Source: Squalus acanthias (Eukaryota). Taken from it: a stretch of 64,000 nt of DNA. Shown here piece after piece: positions 12,985-25,045 of this stretch. A model generated the notes under the pieces. That model had not been told where the DNA came from. It saw only the letters and a list, made by a program, of their open reading frames with translations, and did no database searches. How positions within the stretch are numbered: position 1 is the first letter of the stretch; every line of letters begins with the position of its first letter. The DNA lies in contig CM059432.1 in the NCBI GenBank assembly GCA_030390025.1, positions 15,874,001-15,938,000 on the forward strand, given 5' to 3'. Position numbers and translations under genes: made by a program.

Positions 12985-13087
12985 ACCACTGGTCCTCACA
13001 GGACACTTGAGGAAGTCGGCCAGGAGTCAGCTCAGCACAGTTCAAAGCTCCTGAGGGATGCAAATGATTTGAAAAGGAAAACTGCTG
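12985..13087 (+). CDS. LAMA1: LAMA1 exon (TTGPHRTLEEVGQESAQHSSKLLRDANDLKRKTA)
   Basis: tag| and |gtgaat; open frame, phase 0 to 1; resembles the LAMA1 QRSSRFLKE..NL segment. Confidence 0.85.
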
Positions 13088-13358
13088 GTGAATAACTTGT
13101 CCAATTTAGGCGTTCGACATTAATCGCAGCACTTTATTCTTGGTGGAAACCATTGAACTGAATGAAGGGAAAATTCGCGGGGCTACGGGGAAAGAGCAGG
13201 GGGGTTGGGACTAATTGGACAGCTTGAGCCGGCACTGGCACAATGGGCCGAATGTCCTCCTCCTGTGATTACAGCAAAAATCTGCTTTTCTGATAAAGAA
13301 TACATTGGTAAACACACATCTAGGTTTTCTTTTAAAAATCTGATTGTGCAGAAAACAA

Positions 13359-13968
13359 GGGGCCAACTTTAACGGAGAGCTGGATCGGTGGGAGCGGCGA
13401 CTCAGGCGGGCGGGAAGCCCCACAGCGCGAGGCCGCGGAGGTTCTATCTCCCGGGCCTCATCTACACGCTCGCCGTCGGTCTCCCGCCCGAACCCAGTGG
13501 CAGGAGCTAACCCGGCTGGTGGGCAGCAGCGGGACTTTGAGCGGCAGCTGGCAGGGAGCCAATGGAGTGGTTCTCGGCACTAACATGAGTGTCTGTGGGG
13601 GGGGTGGTCGGAAGGGCATTGCGAGAGGGAGAGGGAAGCCCATGGTAGGGGGACGGCCCAAGGTTTCTGTACAGGGTCCGGTGGAGCGTCCTGCTCCCGC
13701 TAGCCCACGAGGAAGCTGAAAGAAATGTCACTAAACTTGCCTATCTGAGCCTCTTCTGGCCCCGGCTCCTCTTTGCCGCGGGTGGAGAAGCCACAAATGC
13801 TCCCCGCCAGTGAGTGTCCCACTCGCCTGCTAAAGAGAGCAGGTTATTATCGAGACCCATGGGAAGGCAGCAGGATCAGGTAGGTAAGTCGAGCAGGGCA
13901 TTTTAACTGCCAGCCCACCTGGATTCTGCTGGGTGAAGGGAGGGTAGTTAAAACTGCCCCCCCCCCCG
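13359..13968. mobile_element. GC-rich MITE-like element
   Basis: Imperfect TIRs GGGGCCAACTTTAAC / GTTAAAACTGCCCC. Confidence 0.55.
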
Positions 13969-14154
13969 CCAGACTTTGAGCTGCCCAGACCATGCACATG
14001 TCATCTCTGGAGAACAAGTAGCCAGGGCCAAATAATGAACAGCGTGACGTCTGATTGATAACCTGCAGGTTATTCGATTATCTTGGAGTAAGGAAGATCA
14101 TTCATAGAGCTTCATCCGCTTGAAGTTTTACCCGCAGTTGTTTAGTTACCTCAA

Positions 14155-14510
14155 TTCGTTTTTTTTTATAGGATGTGGGCAGCGCTGGCAAGGCCGAAGA
14201 AGCCTTGGCGAGTTGCTGCAGTGCATCTTGTAGATGGTGCACACTGCAGCCACGGTACGCCGGTGGTGGAGGGAGTGAATGTTTAAGGTGGTGGATGGGT
14301 TGCCAATCAAGCGGGCTGCTTTGTCCTGGATGGTGTCGAGCTTCTTGAGTTTTGGCAAGTGGAGCGTATTCCATCACACTCCTGACTTGTGCCTTGTAGA
14401 TGGTAGAAAGGCTTTGGGGAGTCAGGAGGTGAGACACTCTCCGCAGAATACCTAGCCTCTGACCTGCTCTTGTTGCCACAGTATTTATGTGGCTGGTCCA
14501 GTTAAGATTC
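14155..14510 (-). mobile_element. Internally deleted 3' part of a non-LTR retrotransposon (CR1/L2 group)
   Basis: Translates to LNWTSHINTV...IYKAQVRSVMEYA and QDKAARLIG...; same family as 22191, 52525, 54245, 57960 and 63470. Confidence 0.8.
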
Positions 14511-15001
14511 TGTATTGGTGCAAATTGCACAGAATGGGCTGAATGTTCACCTGGGCAGAAAGCGGGCCTTGGCAGAGCAGCCGCCCATTTTCCACACTGC
14601 CCGATTTTCACCTCTTATTGGCTTCGATGGAAGCAAAAATTGGGCGCGATGTAAAAGGGACAATTGACCCGCTACTGCCCGCTGGTAAAAGTAAACATTC
14701 ACACCGATCTCTGAAAAGCACAAGCCCATTGGACCAAAATGCCCTTTCAAGTCCCATTTTTTTTTTAAGTTCTTAAGTACAAATGATCCGATCTTAGGAG
14801 AATCACCTGTGGAATACAGCAAGTCAGACCGGAATAATGTTCGTCTGATATTAAGGGAAGTGCCGTCCGAGATCAAGGAGGAAGTTTAAAGTTTTCTCCT
14901 TGCAAGTTTTCTCTGGGTTATTTATGGGTCCACATAAAGGACTGTGTTCTTTCTGTGGGGACAGTGTCTGAACACCACCTTCGGTTCTCTTATCTGTTCA
15001 G

Positions 15002-15118
15002 GTCTTGTGACTCAGCTGAATGGACTGAAGGAGAAAGTTGATCAGATTCGGAAGAACGCACATAATGTGAGCAGACTGCTGAGTGAGCCCCTGCAGATAC
15101 TGGCAGAATTACCTAATG
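15002..15118 (+). CDS. LAMA1: LAMA1 exon (GLVTQLNGLKEKVDQIRKNAHNVSRLLSEPLQILAELPN)
   Basis: cag| and |gtaagt; heptad pattern; phase 1 to 1. Confidence 0.9.
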
Positions 15119-15429
15119 GTAAGTAATGTAGATAATTCAAACACTCCAAAAACCAAGTAGGAATGCTAATTGTCGAGGAAATGAAAGGATCTGAGACTTT
15201 GTATAATTTCCATTAAGATATGTTCAGATTGCCTATGCAGCTCTCAAGAGCCAAGCATGAGGTTGGCCTGAGCGAGTGTCTTCCGTTTATATATATATTC
15301 AGGGCAGATTGACACCTACCCTCCCACCACTTATCAAATCAACCCCCACACCGCAAAAGTCTGATCGTGAATATTATGGGTGAAAGTTAAATCCACACCC
15401 AGGTATTTCAGGAATTGATGGAATCCTAT

Positions 15430-16150
15430 AGAGGAATCATAGAAACTTACAGCACAGAAGGAGGCCATTCGGCTGATCTTGTCCGTGCCGGCCGACAAAG
15501 AGCTATCCACCCTAATCCCACTTTCCAGCACTTGGTCCGTAGCCTTGTAGGTTATGGCACTTCTCCTCAAATCCCCTCTAAACTTCCGATCAATTACTTT
15601 AAATCAATGACCCCTGGTTATTGACCCTTCTGCTAAGGGAAATGGGTCCTTCCTATCCACTCTATCTAAGCCCCTCATAATTTTATACACCTCAATTAAG
15701 TCTCCCCTCAGCCTCCTCTGTTCCAAAGAAAGCAACCCCAGCCTATCCAATTTTTCCTCATAGCTAAAATTCCCCAGCCCAGGCAACATCCGTGTAAATC
15801 TCCTCTGCACCCCCTCTAGTGCAATCACATCTTTCCTGTAATGTGGTGACCAGAACTGCACGCAGTATTCTAGCTGCGGCCTAACTAGTGTTTTATACAG
15901 TTCAAGCATAACCTCTCTGCTCTTGTATTCTATGCCTTGGCTAATAAAGGCAAGCATTCCGTAAGCCTTCTTAACCACCTTATCTACCTGTCCTGCTACC
16001 TTCAGGAATCTGTGGACATGCACTCCAAGGTCCCTCTGATCTTCTGCACTTCTCAGTGTCCTACCATTTAATGTGTATTCCCTTACCTTGTTAGCCCTCC
16101 CCAAATGCATTACCTCTCACTTCTCCAGATTGAATACCATTTGCCACTGA
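15430..16150 (-). mobile_element. CR1 LINE 3' fragment
   Basis: ORF 15604-16110 has RDLGV, LYKTLVRPQLEYCVQFWSP and RRLRGDLIEVYKI; the 3' UTR is at ~15430-15560. Confidence 0.92.
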
Positions 16151-16549
16151 AGGAATGTGTCCTTTACATAAAATGCAGATAAAGTTGTGCTCTAATACCA
16201 GGAAACCTGAATACGGTTAGGTGGGGTTCACCTTTGTAGGCCAGTACCAAGATGGCTGCTGAATTCTATAAAGGGATTGGTCATCTCAATTGATGTGAAA
16301 TGCGTTAAAGCTTTATCCTTGACATTCTGATGAATTCAGGTTGAAAAGCAGCTGTAGTGGTGGAATTCAAGTTTCCTTTCTCAAGGGGATTAATTAACAC
16401 GTAGGGGCTAATATTCCTGTTCCCGCTCCCTAAGCAAGATTGGATCTCCTGGATACCGTGCATAGATGAGAAATGGGAGGGCTCCCTTAGGGGCTTTGCT
16501 CTCCTCTTTGCCTGATTTTCCTCTATGTGCTATGCCCAGGTGATTCAAA

Positions 16550-17345
16550 ATGAACAACAACTTGCATTTATATGGCGCCTTTGACGCAGTAAAACCTCCC
16601 AAGGCGCTCCACGGGAGCGATTATCAGGCCATATTTGACACTGGGCCACATTAATGAGCTATTAGAACAGGGGTCAAAGAGGTTGGTTTTAATTAGCATC
16701 TTAAAGGTGGAGAGGGAGGTTTAGGGAGGGAATCCCAGAGCTTAGGGCCTCGGCAGCTGAAGGCATGGCCGCCAATGGTGGGGCAAAGGAAATCGGGGAT
16801 GGACAAGAGGCCAGAATTAGAGTAATGCAGAGTTGTCATAGGAGCAGGAGTAGGCCATTTAGCCCCGCAAGCCTGTTCCGCCATTCAATGAGATCATGGC
16901 TGATCTGCCTACTTTTGGTCAACAAAAATCTAGCAATCTCAGATTTAAAATTAACAATTGATCCAGCATCAATTGCAGTTTGTGGAAGGGAGTTCCAAAC
17001 TTCTACCACCCTTTGTGTGTAGAAGTGTTTCCTAATTGCACTCCTGAAAGGCCTGGCTCTAATTTTTAGACTATGGCCCCTAGTGGTAGACACCCCAACC
17101 AGCGGAAATAGTTTCTCTCTATCTTCCCTATCTGTTCCCCTTTATATCTTGAAAACTGTGATCAAATCACCCCTGAACCTTCTAAATTCTAGGGAATACA
17201 ACCCTAATTTGGTGTAATCTCTCCTCGTAATTTAGGGTTGTAGGGCTGGAGGAGGTTACAGAGATAGGGAGGGGATTTGAACACAACACAAGCATGATCA
17301 TTTTAAATTTGAGGTATTGCTGGACCGGCAGCCAATGTAGATCAG
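16550..17345 (-). mobile_element. L2-like LINE 3' end interrupted by a CR1 3' fragment (~16838-17233)
   Basis: TIGGHAFSCRGPKLWDSLP (L2-type C-terminus) flanks TRGHSLKI...FYTQRVVEVWNSLP (CR1). Confidence 0.75.
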
Positions 17346-17500
17346 CACAAGTGCAGGAACAGGAAAATCCGGGAAGGCAAAGAAAATAATTAAAAAGTAG
17401 TTTAAATATAAAAAAATATAAATTTGACTTGAAGGCTACAGTGGGTGACCGTTTTCAGCGTAGATGCTTTTCAAAAATATTAACATTTTGTATATTGCAG

Positions 17501-17683
17501 GTACTGCTGCTAGAGTTCGTGAGGCCAAAGATCGTGCCGCCTCGGCTAATCTGACAGCAGCTGTAGCTCTTGCTGAAATTCAGCAGTTCAGTCAGCAGCT
17601 GTTGAGCACATCTGGCACTTTAGCGAGGGTCAATAAAACCGTCAGGGAAACAAATGACCTCATCAATGATTCAGCAAAGACTG
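17501..17683 (+). CDS. LAMA1: LAMA1 exon (GTAARVREAKDRAASAN...NDSAKT)
   Basis: cag| and |gtaagt; coiled coil; phase 1 to 1. Confidence 0.9.
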
Positions 17684-17965
17684 GTAAGTTTGCAGTGAAA
17701 AATCGATTGAAGTTCATTTTTGACAAATGTAGATATTTGGCATGACCGGACATGCGCAGCACCAAAACAAAACACACGCATGTTTAATTTTTTAAAACAT
17801 CAAAGCTCGGGCCGTCAGATTTTCTGCCACTTTACAGTCCTCGTTGTTTCGCCCAAGAATAATTTAACGTCTTGCTTCCAGTTCTAACGGTGCAGTAACT
17901 TGTCGACTGTAAGCGTAACGCTCTTTCGCCCTTTACTTTAATTCCTGTTCTTTTCCCCCTTGCAG

Positions 17966-18120
17966 CTGTGGCTGCTGGGAAGAAGGTGCAAGAGATCGAA
18001 ATTCAAGCCAATTACTTGCTGGACAGGTTGAAACCGTTGAAAATGTTGGAGGACAACCTGAGCAGAAACCTCTCCGAGATAAAGGAACTGATCAATCAGG
18101 CCCGGAAGCAAGCTGCCTCT
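17966..18120 (+). CDS. LAMA1: LAMA1 exon (AVAAGKKVQEIEIQANYLLDRLKPLKMLEDNLSRNLSEIKELINQARKQAAS)
   Basis: cag| and |gtaagt; highly conserved end of the laminin alpha coiled coil; phase 1 to 0. Confidence 0.97.
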
Positions 18121-18649
18121 GTAAGTGTGGAGTTGCCCAACAAGAGCGGTTGTTACAAATCAATTTTACATCGAAGTTCTGAAAAAATGACGCAGTGGTC
18201 ACTTTTTTGGTCAGTATTTTTTGCTTAAATAACTCATCACACCATCTCCTGCTCTAACTCATTCTTTGCTAGGGTCTCAAAACAGTGGGACTCCTTACCC
18301 GAGTCGTCCCTTCCTCCTAGATCTACAGGCTTTCAAAACCCCAGATTAGCAACACCTGAACTCTACCTTTTAATTTTTGTCTCATCTGATCCCCCTCCTC
18401 GTACAACATTGGTGGTGCCCTACACTCTGGGCCTCTGTCTTTCATCGCGGTATCTTAAAAGCATCTTTAAAAGCATCAGTCAGTCCTTAATATTACAGGT
18501 AAATACAAGGTGGATCCATCAACAAGAAGGGAGAAAGGACAGGTTAAAGTTTTAGTTATAGACGCTGCCGGCGAGTTTTGTTTGCTGCGGTAAGTGGGAA
18601 GGCGGTCGGCGTTGCTCAACACCGAGCCGACAGATCAGAAGAGGGGGTG

Positions 18650-18945
18650 AGAGCACACAGTGCTCACAGGGACCCGCAGTGGGCTGCAGTATCCTTTTGG
18701 GGGGGGGTTGGGGTGCGAGTGCACAATGACTAGCAGTGGGCTGGCGTATTTTGGGAGGGGGGGGGGGGTGTTGTGAGCACACAGGGACCCGCAGTGGGCT
18801 GGAGTATTTTGGGGGAGGTGGGGGGTGTTGTGAGCACACAGGGACACACAGTGGGCTGGAGTATTTTGGGGGCGGGGGGGGGGGCCGCAGTGGGCTGGAG
18901 TATTTTGGGGGGTGTGAGCGCACAGGGCTGGAATATTTTTGTGGA
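18650..18945. repeat. Degenerate G-rich tandem repeat (GAGCACACAGGGACCCGCAGTGGGCTGGAGTATTTTG(n)), about 5 copies
   Basis: CAGTGGGCTG recurs at ~18677, 18734, 18792, 18849 and 18888. Confidence 0.75.
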
Positions 18946-19414
18946 GCTGGGAGCAACATTCTGTGAGGAGATTTTTTACTGATTTAAGAGCTGGCCGGAC
19001 AGTTATGATGGAGTGAACCCTTTTTAAAAGAAGTTCGTGAACGTTGGGTTTGCGCTGGAGGTGGTCACCCTTGTGCTAATATCCGAGCCAGCTACCAGCA
19101 ACACACTGCACTTTCGCATTGGTACGCTGAAAGTTTCTGAATGGCGCCGGTGCCAAACATGCGCTCGAGTTACAGCATCAGTAGCAGTAGAGTGTAAACA
19201 TTTACCAACGCAGAAGAAAGCTAAGTCCTCACTTTAAACCTGTGTTACCCAAATTATGATTTTTTTTTTAAAGAAAGAAAGACTTGCATTTATAAAGCGC
19301 CTTTCACGACCACCGGACGTCTCAAAGCGCTTTATAGCCAATGAAGTACTTTTGAAGTGAAGTCACTGTTTTAATAACGTAAGCAGTACTTTGATTGCTT
19401 TACAGAGGTAAGGA

Positions 19415-19831
19415 AGTGGCTCAGTGGGTAGCACCCCTGCCTTGGAGTCAGAAGGTTGTGGGTTCAAGTCCCACTCCAGTGTACAAAACCTAGGCTGACG
19501 CTCCGGTGCATTGCTGAGGGAGTGCTGCACTGTCAGAGGTGCCATCTTTCGGATGAGATGTTAAACCGAGGCCCCGTCTGCTCTCTCAGGTGGACGTAAA
19601 GGATCCCATGGCACTATTTCGAAGAAGAGCAGGGGAGTTTTCCCCGGTGTCCTGGCCAATATTTATCCCCCAATCAACATCACTGAAACAGATTATCTGA
19701 GCGCAAATTAGCTGCCGCGTTTCCCATATCACAAGAGTGACTACAATCTGCAAGAGTACTTCATCGGCTGTGAAGCGCTTTGGGACGTCCTGAGATCGTG
19801 AAAGGCGCCATATAAATGCAAGTCTTTCTTT
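19415..19831 (+). mobile_element. Second copy of the same tRNA SINE, with an inverted tail fragment upstream at ~19274-19370
   Basis: Colinear similarity with 387-823; further fragments at ~29850-30100, ~35310-35500 (-) and ~55450-55610 (-). Confidence 0.85.
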
Positions 19832-19880
19832 AAGCAGCAAGAGGATTTTAATTCTAATCCTGAATTTGACCTTTTCTCAG

Positions 19881-20024
19881 ATTAAAGTGGCAGTCTCGGC
19901 CGATAGAGATTGTATCCGTGCCTACCAGCCAGCGCTGCTGAGCAGCAACTACAACACTCTGACACTGAATGTGAAAACCTCTGAACCGGAAAACCTGTTG
20001 TTCTACCTGGGCAGCAGCACCAGC
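19881..20024 (+). CDS. LAMA1: LAMA1 exon with IKVAV motif and LG1 start
   Basis: cag| and |gtgagt; IKVAVSADRDCIRAYQP...YNTLTLNVKT.EP.NLLFYLGS is diagnostic of alpha-1 (alpha-2 has IKVSV). Confidence 0.98.
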
Positions 20025-21276
20025 GTGAGTAACCCGTTACCGCCGCTGATACGAACTGTGGCGCTTCCCCTACCGAGGGTAAAGATATTACGGGACGATC
20101 AGATTATTCAAACATTGAAACAAATAATTGGTGTCCCCATTGCGATTTACAAACTACCGTTCTTCAAATGCATTTAAACAGTGAAACTGGATCTCCAAAT
20201 AACTGAAAACAAATTATTATTTTCCATTTTTCTTGTGCGTGAGGAAGATTATTATTTAGATGGCATTACATTTTTGATGATTTTAAAAGTAGTTCTGTTG
20301 GACTGTTTCACAGTAATTTTATGGGCTGTTTTCCTTTCTTTACTAAGTGTAGTTAATTCATAAACAGTCTTTATTCCCACGTGTACAATTAGACTAGTGG
20401 AACTAGTTTTTTGAATAATATGCATGTATTTCTAATATTTTTTATTTATTGTGGTAATACACCAATAGTATCAGTGGGAGCGTAGCCATGAATCATGGGT
20501 GAGATTGGGTGGAGTGAGGCAAAGTTTTTTTAAAAAGTTGTCCATTTAGATATCCCAGCAACTCATTATTTTGCTCAAATATTTCTTTTGCAGTCAACAG
20601 GATGCATACGTAGGGATACAATAGCAAAATACTGCGGCTGCTGGAAGTCTGAAATAACAACTGGAATGGAATAGAATTTCTTCTTCAGAAGAAGAAACGC
20701 TCAGCAGGTCAGGCAGTATCCGTGGAGAGATGCTGCCTGACCCACTGAGTGTTGCCAGCATTTTCTGTTGTTATTGCAGAAGTAGTGAATTGGACTTTGG
20801 AAAAAATATACTTGGCCAAAAAATCCAGCATCTGCTTTTGATCTGGTTGTTGTAATGCTATTTTATTCACATCTTTAACATCTCATATCAGCATTAACTA
20901 GTTGAAGGTACTAAGAACCGGCAGTTTGCAAAATTGGTGCCATGCAACATGAGTTTGTGTTTAAAAAAAAAAAAATGTGGCACCTTTTTAATGTATCCAT
21001 TAGTCCTTCAACAGGAAGAGTTGGAGGGATAACCCAGATTGAAATTACAAATCAATATTTGCACATTCAAAACTTATCTACCGTGGGGCCACAATATGCC
21101 AGCACACTGCCTTTTGACCTCTAGACTTGGGTTTCACTGCAGTGCTTTCTGAAGAAGAAATTCTATTCCATTCCAGTTTGAACAATCTCAACCCAGTTCC
21201 AAATTGTCCTAAAATAACAACAGAAAATGCAGGAAACACTCAGCAGGTCAAGCAGCATCCGTGGAGAAAGATACCG

Positions 21277-21311
21277 AGTTAACGTTTCAGGTCTGTGACC
21301 TTTCGTCAGAA
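21277..21311 (-). ncRNA. Minimal hammerhead ribozyme motif (same family)
   Basis: Minus strand reads ttCTGACGA aAGGTC aca GACCT GAAACGT taact. Confidence 0.65.
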
Positions 21312-21972
21312 TCCAAATTCTCCTAATTCAGTACTAATCAGAACTCTCAAACAAAGTGGTTCCAAAAGTGGCTGGTTGTAGGAAATGGAAATACCACATT
21401 CTTGGAATAAGAAATATTCCTCTGAGTCTGGGAATCATGGCTGGGGTAGAGTAGAGGGAGTTTTACTCTACATCTTACCCTTGCTATACCTGACATTAGC
21501 AGTGTTTGATGCTGTCACTGTGTGTGTGTGTCTGATATGGGAATGTGCTCCATTTCCCAGTGCTAACATTCCTCACATTTTGAATACCAATATTTAACAA
21601 AAAATGTTTTATCATGCCTTGTTCATTTTTTAATAGTTTTCTTTAATTATTTCAAGAAGAAAAACCCCAGTGTTCTCCAAGAGCTGGGACATTCTGTGCA
21701 GGTTCTCGAAATTAGTTTCGAGCCAGTTGGTATCACTTGCAATGAATTTTGGGGATTTTTACCATTTTCTAAGAGCACGGCAACATAGCATCTGATTTGT
21801 CTAATTCTGCTGGAACATCCCTTGAGAACAAAATGTAAAGTTTTATGATTAGCTATACACCTCAGATTTAGACCGTTTCAGTTAATCGTGCATATGGCAA
21901 AAGTGGCGCCAGGACTGGTTGGACCATTTTTACAGAAGAAGGGCTCAAGTTAAACCTCTGCCTGTTCCACAG

Positions 21973-22106
21973 ACTGAATTCTTAGCTCTGGAGATGCGAC
22001 GTGGCAGAGTTGCCTTCTTGTGGGACGTGGGCTCTGGGACAACAAGATTAGAATACCCTGATCTTCAAATTAACAATAACAAGTGGTACAGGATTCACGC
22101 TGCCAG
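21973..22106 (+). CDS. LAMA1: LAMA1 LG1 exon (TEFLALEMRRGRVAFLWDVGSG...WYRIHAA), followed by a GC donor
   Basis: cag| acceptor; donor AG|gcaagt is needed for phase 2 into the next exon. Confidence 0.93.
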
Positions 22107-22190
22107 GCAAGTAAATGACTAATAGACACTGTTGTTGGGCAAGTGAGCTCAATACTCATACTTGCATGGCGTACGCATGTTTTTCTTAAA

Positions 22191-22773
22191 TTCGTTCCTG
22201 GGATGTGGGCATCGCTGGCAAGGCCAGCATTTATTGCCCATCCCTAATTGCCCTTGAGAAGGTGGTGGTGAGCCGCCTTGAACCACTGCAGTCCGTGTGG
22301 TGAAGGTACTCCCACAGTGCTGTTAGGTAGGGAGTTCCACGATTTTGACCCAGCGACGATGAAGGATCGGCGATATACTTCTAAGTCACACACCATCCTG
22401 ACTTTGAAATATATCGTCGTTCCTTCATCGTCGCTGGGTCAAAATCCTGGAACTCCCTAACAGCATTAGGGGAGTACCTTCACCACACGGACTGCAGCGG
22501 TTCAAGAAGGCGGCTCACCACCACCTTCTCGAGGGCAACTAGGGATGGGCAATAAATGCTGGCCTTGCCAGCGACGCCCACTTCCCATAGATGAATAAAA
22601 AAAAAGTCAGGCTGGTGTGTGACTTGGAGGTGGTGGTGTTCCCATGCGCCTGCCGCCCTTGTCCTTCTAGGTGGAAGAGGTCGCGGGTTTGGGAGATGCT
22701 GCCGAAGAAGCCTTGGCGAGTTGCTGCAGTGCATCTTGTAGATGGTACACACTGCAGCCACGGTACGCCGGTG
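22191..22773. mobile_element. LINE 3' end (-) with a same-family copy nested in the opposite orientation
   Basis: 22191-22388 is near the reverse complement of ~22398-22597; after a poly-A the host element resumes at ~22606. Confidence 0.85.
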
Positions 22774-23079
22774 TACTTTAATCTTTCTGGGCGAATGTTA
22801 TTGATTGTTGCGTGTGCCTTGCTTCCTGCTTATTGGCTGTGCACTAAAAATGGTGCGTACCACGGGTGAAAACACCGGACTTCAGCACCATGGAAACACC
22901 AGCAACATGGTATGCAGAGGGGAGCAGTCACTGTGGTCAGCTCGACCAATCAGAACAACTGCTCCGCTCAGCAGAAGAAAACAGCCAATAGCGAGCAGCT
23001 CCAACTGGGCACGTCATGGCAATGGACAAGCAGCATCCAATCAGGTTCTGAATGGAGGGCGAGGGCGGGCCTGGATTAT

Positions 23080-23200
23080 CTCACTGTGCGAGTCAACATT
23101 CTCAGCAATCACTCTGATGAAGTCAAAGTACTGTTCGCCACTGCTGAGAAAACCCAAGAAGCGGCAATAAGATGTGCTGTGTCTGATCAATTCATGTCTG
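23080..23200 (+). mobile_element. hAT (Buster/Charlie-like) transposase C-terminal remnant
   Basis: LCESTFSAITLMKSKYCS...AAIRCAVS resembles the hAT dimerization motif LCExxFSxLxxIKxKYRS; frameshifted. Confidence 0.6.
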
Positions 23201-23630
23201 AATGTCAAACTGCAAAGTTACACACTGATGGGTGACAGATATTTGTTAAGTAATTATACACGTGACGTACACTTACCTGTATTGTGTGTGCGTCGTTTTC
23301 CACTAAAATGGGGCTGAAGCAGTGTCGCCGTAGCTACACCCGTGGCTAGTCAGTGATGTCTAATATACAGCACTGCCTCAGCTGCAATCAATGTACTCAG
23401 CACAGACCAAGCTGGAACCTTCTGGTCTGTTCGAATTAGTTGCACGTTGGCCTTACCAATTGAGCAACTTTGGCGACTTGGGTTGCTGTTAATTCTGTTT
23501 CTCACTGTGATTAAAAATGCCCAGAGATTGACTGTAAATTTAAATTTGTCATTGCATAGTTTTACTGCACATCAGCCGTAGCTTTTACTGCGAAATGAAT
23601 AGAGTGAGACTAGCCCTCCCGCAATCGTGC

Positions 23631-24518
23631 TGGGCCGGATTTTCCTCCGCTACACCGCTCAAAGTTGGGAGGGTGGTAAGAGGGGCAGGGAGGCCTACCA
23701 CCAGATCCCCACCCATGCCTGTGCTGCAAGGAATCATTCTTCATCTCTTCCCCCAAGCAAGGACTTCAGCTGCCCTCCCCATGACCTCCCTGCCAGACTA
23801 AAATGATGGCCTGGTGAAGGGCCAAGGAAACCAGCTGATTTCTCCATCCTGCTCCCAAGACTGCTGGAAAGGGGTGGTGGTTACACCCTGGGACAGCGGC
23901 GGGTGGGCGAGGGCATATTAGCGGGGGGGGGCACCTGTAGGCCCCTTACCTAAAGCTGAAACACCCACGGGTCTGTGAGAGCTTCTACTTTTAATTGTAA
24001 AAAAAAAACATTTTGGGGGCACTTACATAGGAACAGGAGTAGGCCATTCAGCCCCCTTGATAACAACAGAAAACGCTGGAAAAACTCAGCAGGCGAGGCA
24101 GCATCCGTGGAGAGAGAAACAGAGTTAACGTTTCAGGTCGAGACCAGCCCCTTGAGCCTGTCCCGCTATTCAATTAGATCACGGCTGACCGGCACCTCAA
24201 CTCCATTCACTCGCCGATGCTTCATATCCCTTGATACCCTTACCCAACAAAAATCTAGCAATCTCAATCTTCAAACCCGCCCCTCCCCCATTCCCCCCCC
24301 CAATAGGCTTTCTGCCCCACCTTGAGGCCCTGTACGGGTGTCCGGTTGTAGCCCCAGTGGATTTTCCTGGCTAACAGTGGCGGGCTGTCTCTATGTAGTG
24401 AGGATCTCGCTGGGAATCAGCCTGACCTAGGATCATGGGTTGGAGTCAGGGCAGCGGATGAGAGTCCTGCCCCGACCCTCCTCCGGCGGCAGTACTGCCC
24501 TGGAGGAAAATTCAGCCC
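23631..24518. mobile_element. MITE containing nested CR1 and Penelope-like fragments
   Basis: TIRs GGGCCGGATTTTCCTCC / GGAGGAAAATTCAGCCC. Confidence 0.7.
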
Positions 24519-24781
24519 TATATCCATTTTGATATCTTTAGCTGTGTATTGTGGTCTAATTTGATGTCAAAAAGTAAACGAGAACAGATGCTGCTGACTG
24601 CTTGCACGATATTAAAAGTCTGAAACTGGAAGTTTTCACAAGGTATATTGCACTTGTAACTGAGCAATTTCCAGCAAGAATTGAAACTCTGAGCTGAAGG
24701 GTAAAATGGAGTTCAATGTCTATGATCTGTTTGGGTGGTAAATGTATTTCTAATGTAAATGCCATCAATTTTGTTTGGTAG

Positions 24782-24938
24782 ATTTGGACGTATGGGTACC
24801 TTATCTGTTCAAGAAATTGGATCCTCTAGCTTAGACAAGCCAACGGTAAAAACAGCCACATCTCCTGGGATCTCTACTGTACTGGATGTGAATAATTCTA
24901 CCCTGGTGTTTGTTGGAGGTCTCTCGAGGCAAGTGAAG
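24782..24938 (+). CDS. LAMA1: LAMA1 LG1 exon (RFGRMGTLSV...LDVNNSTLVFVGGLSRQVK)
   Basis: tag| and |gtcagt; phase 2 to 0. Confidence 0.95.
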
Positions 24939-25045
24939 GTCAGTTGGGGTATTGGTTCTTTCCTGATCGCTGTTTTGTACAGCCTTCTCTTGCATCAACC
25001 TCTGTGGGTTAATTCCTTGCAATAACGCCATTTACTTGTGCACAG

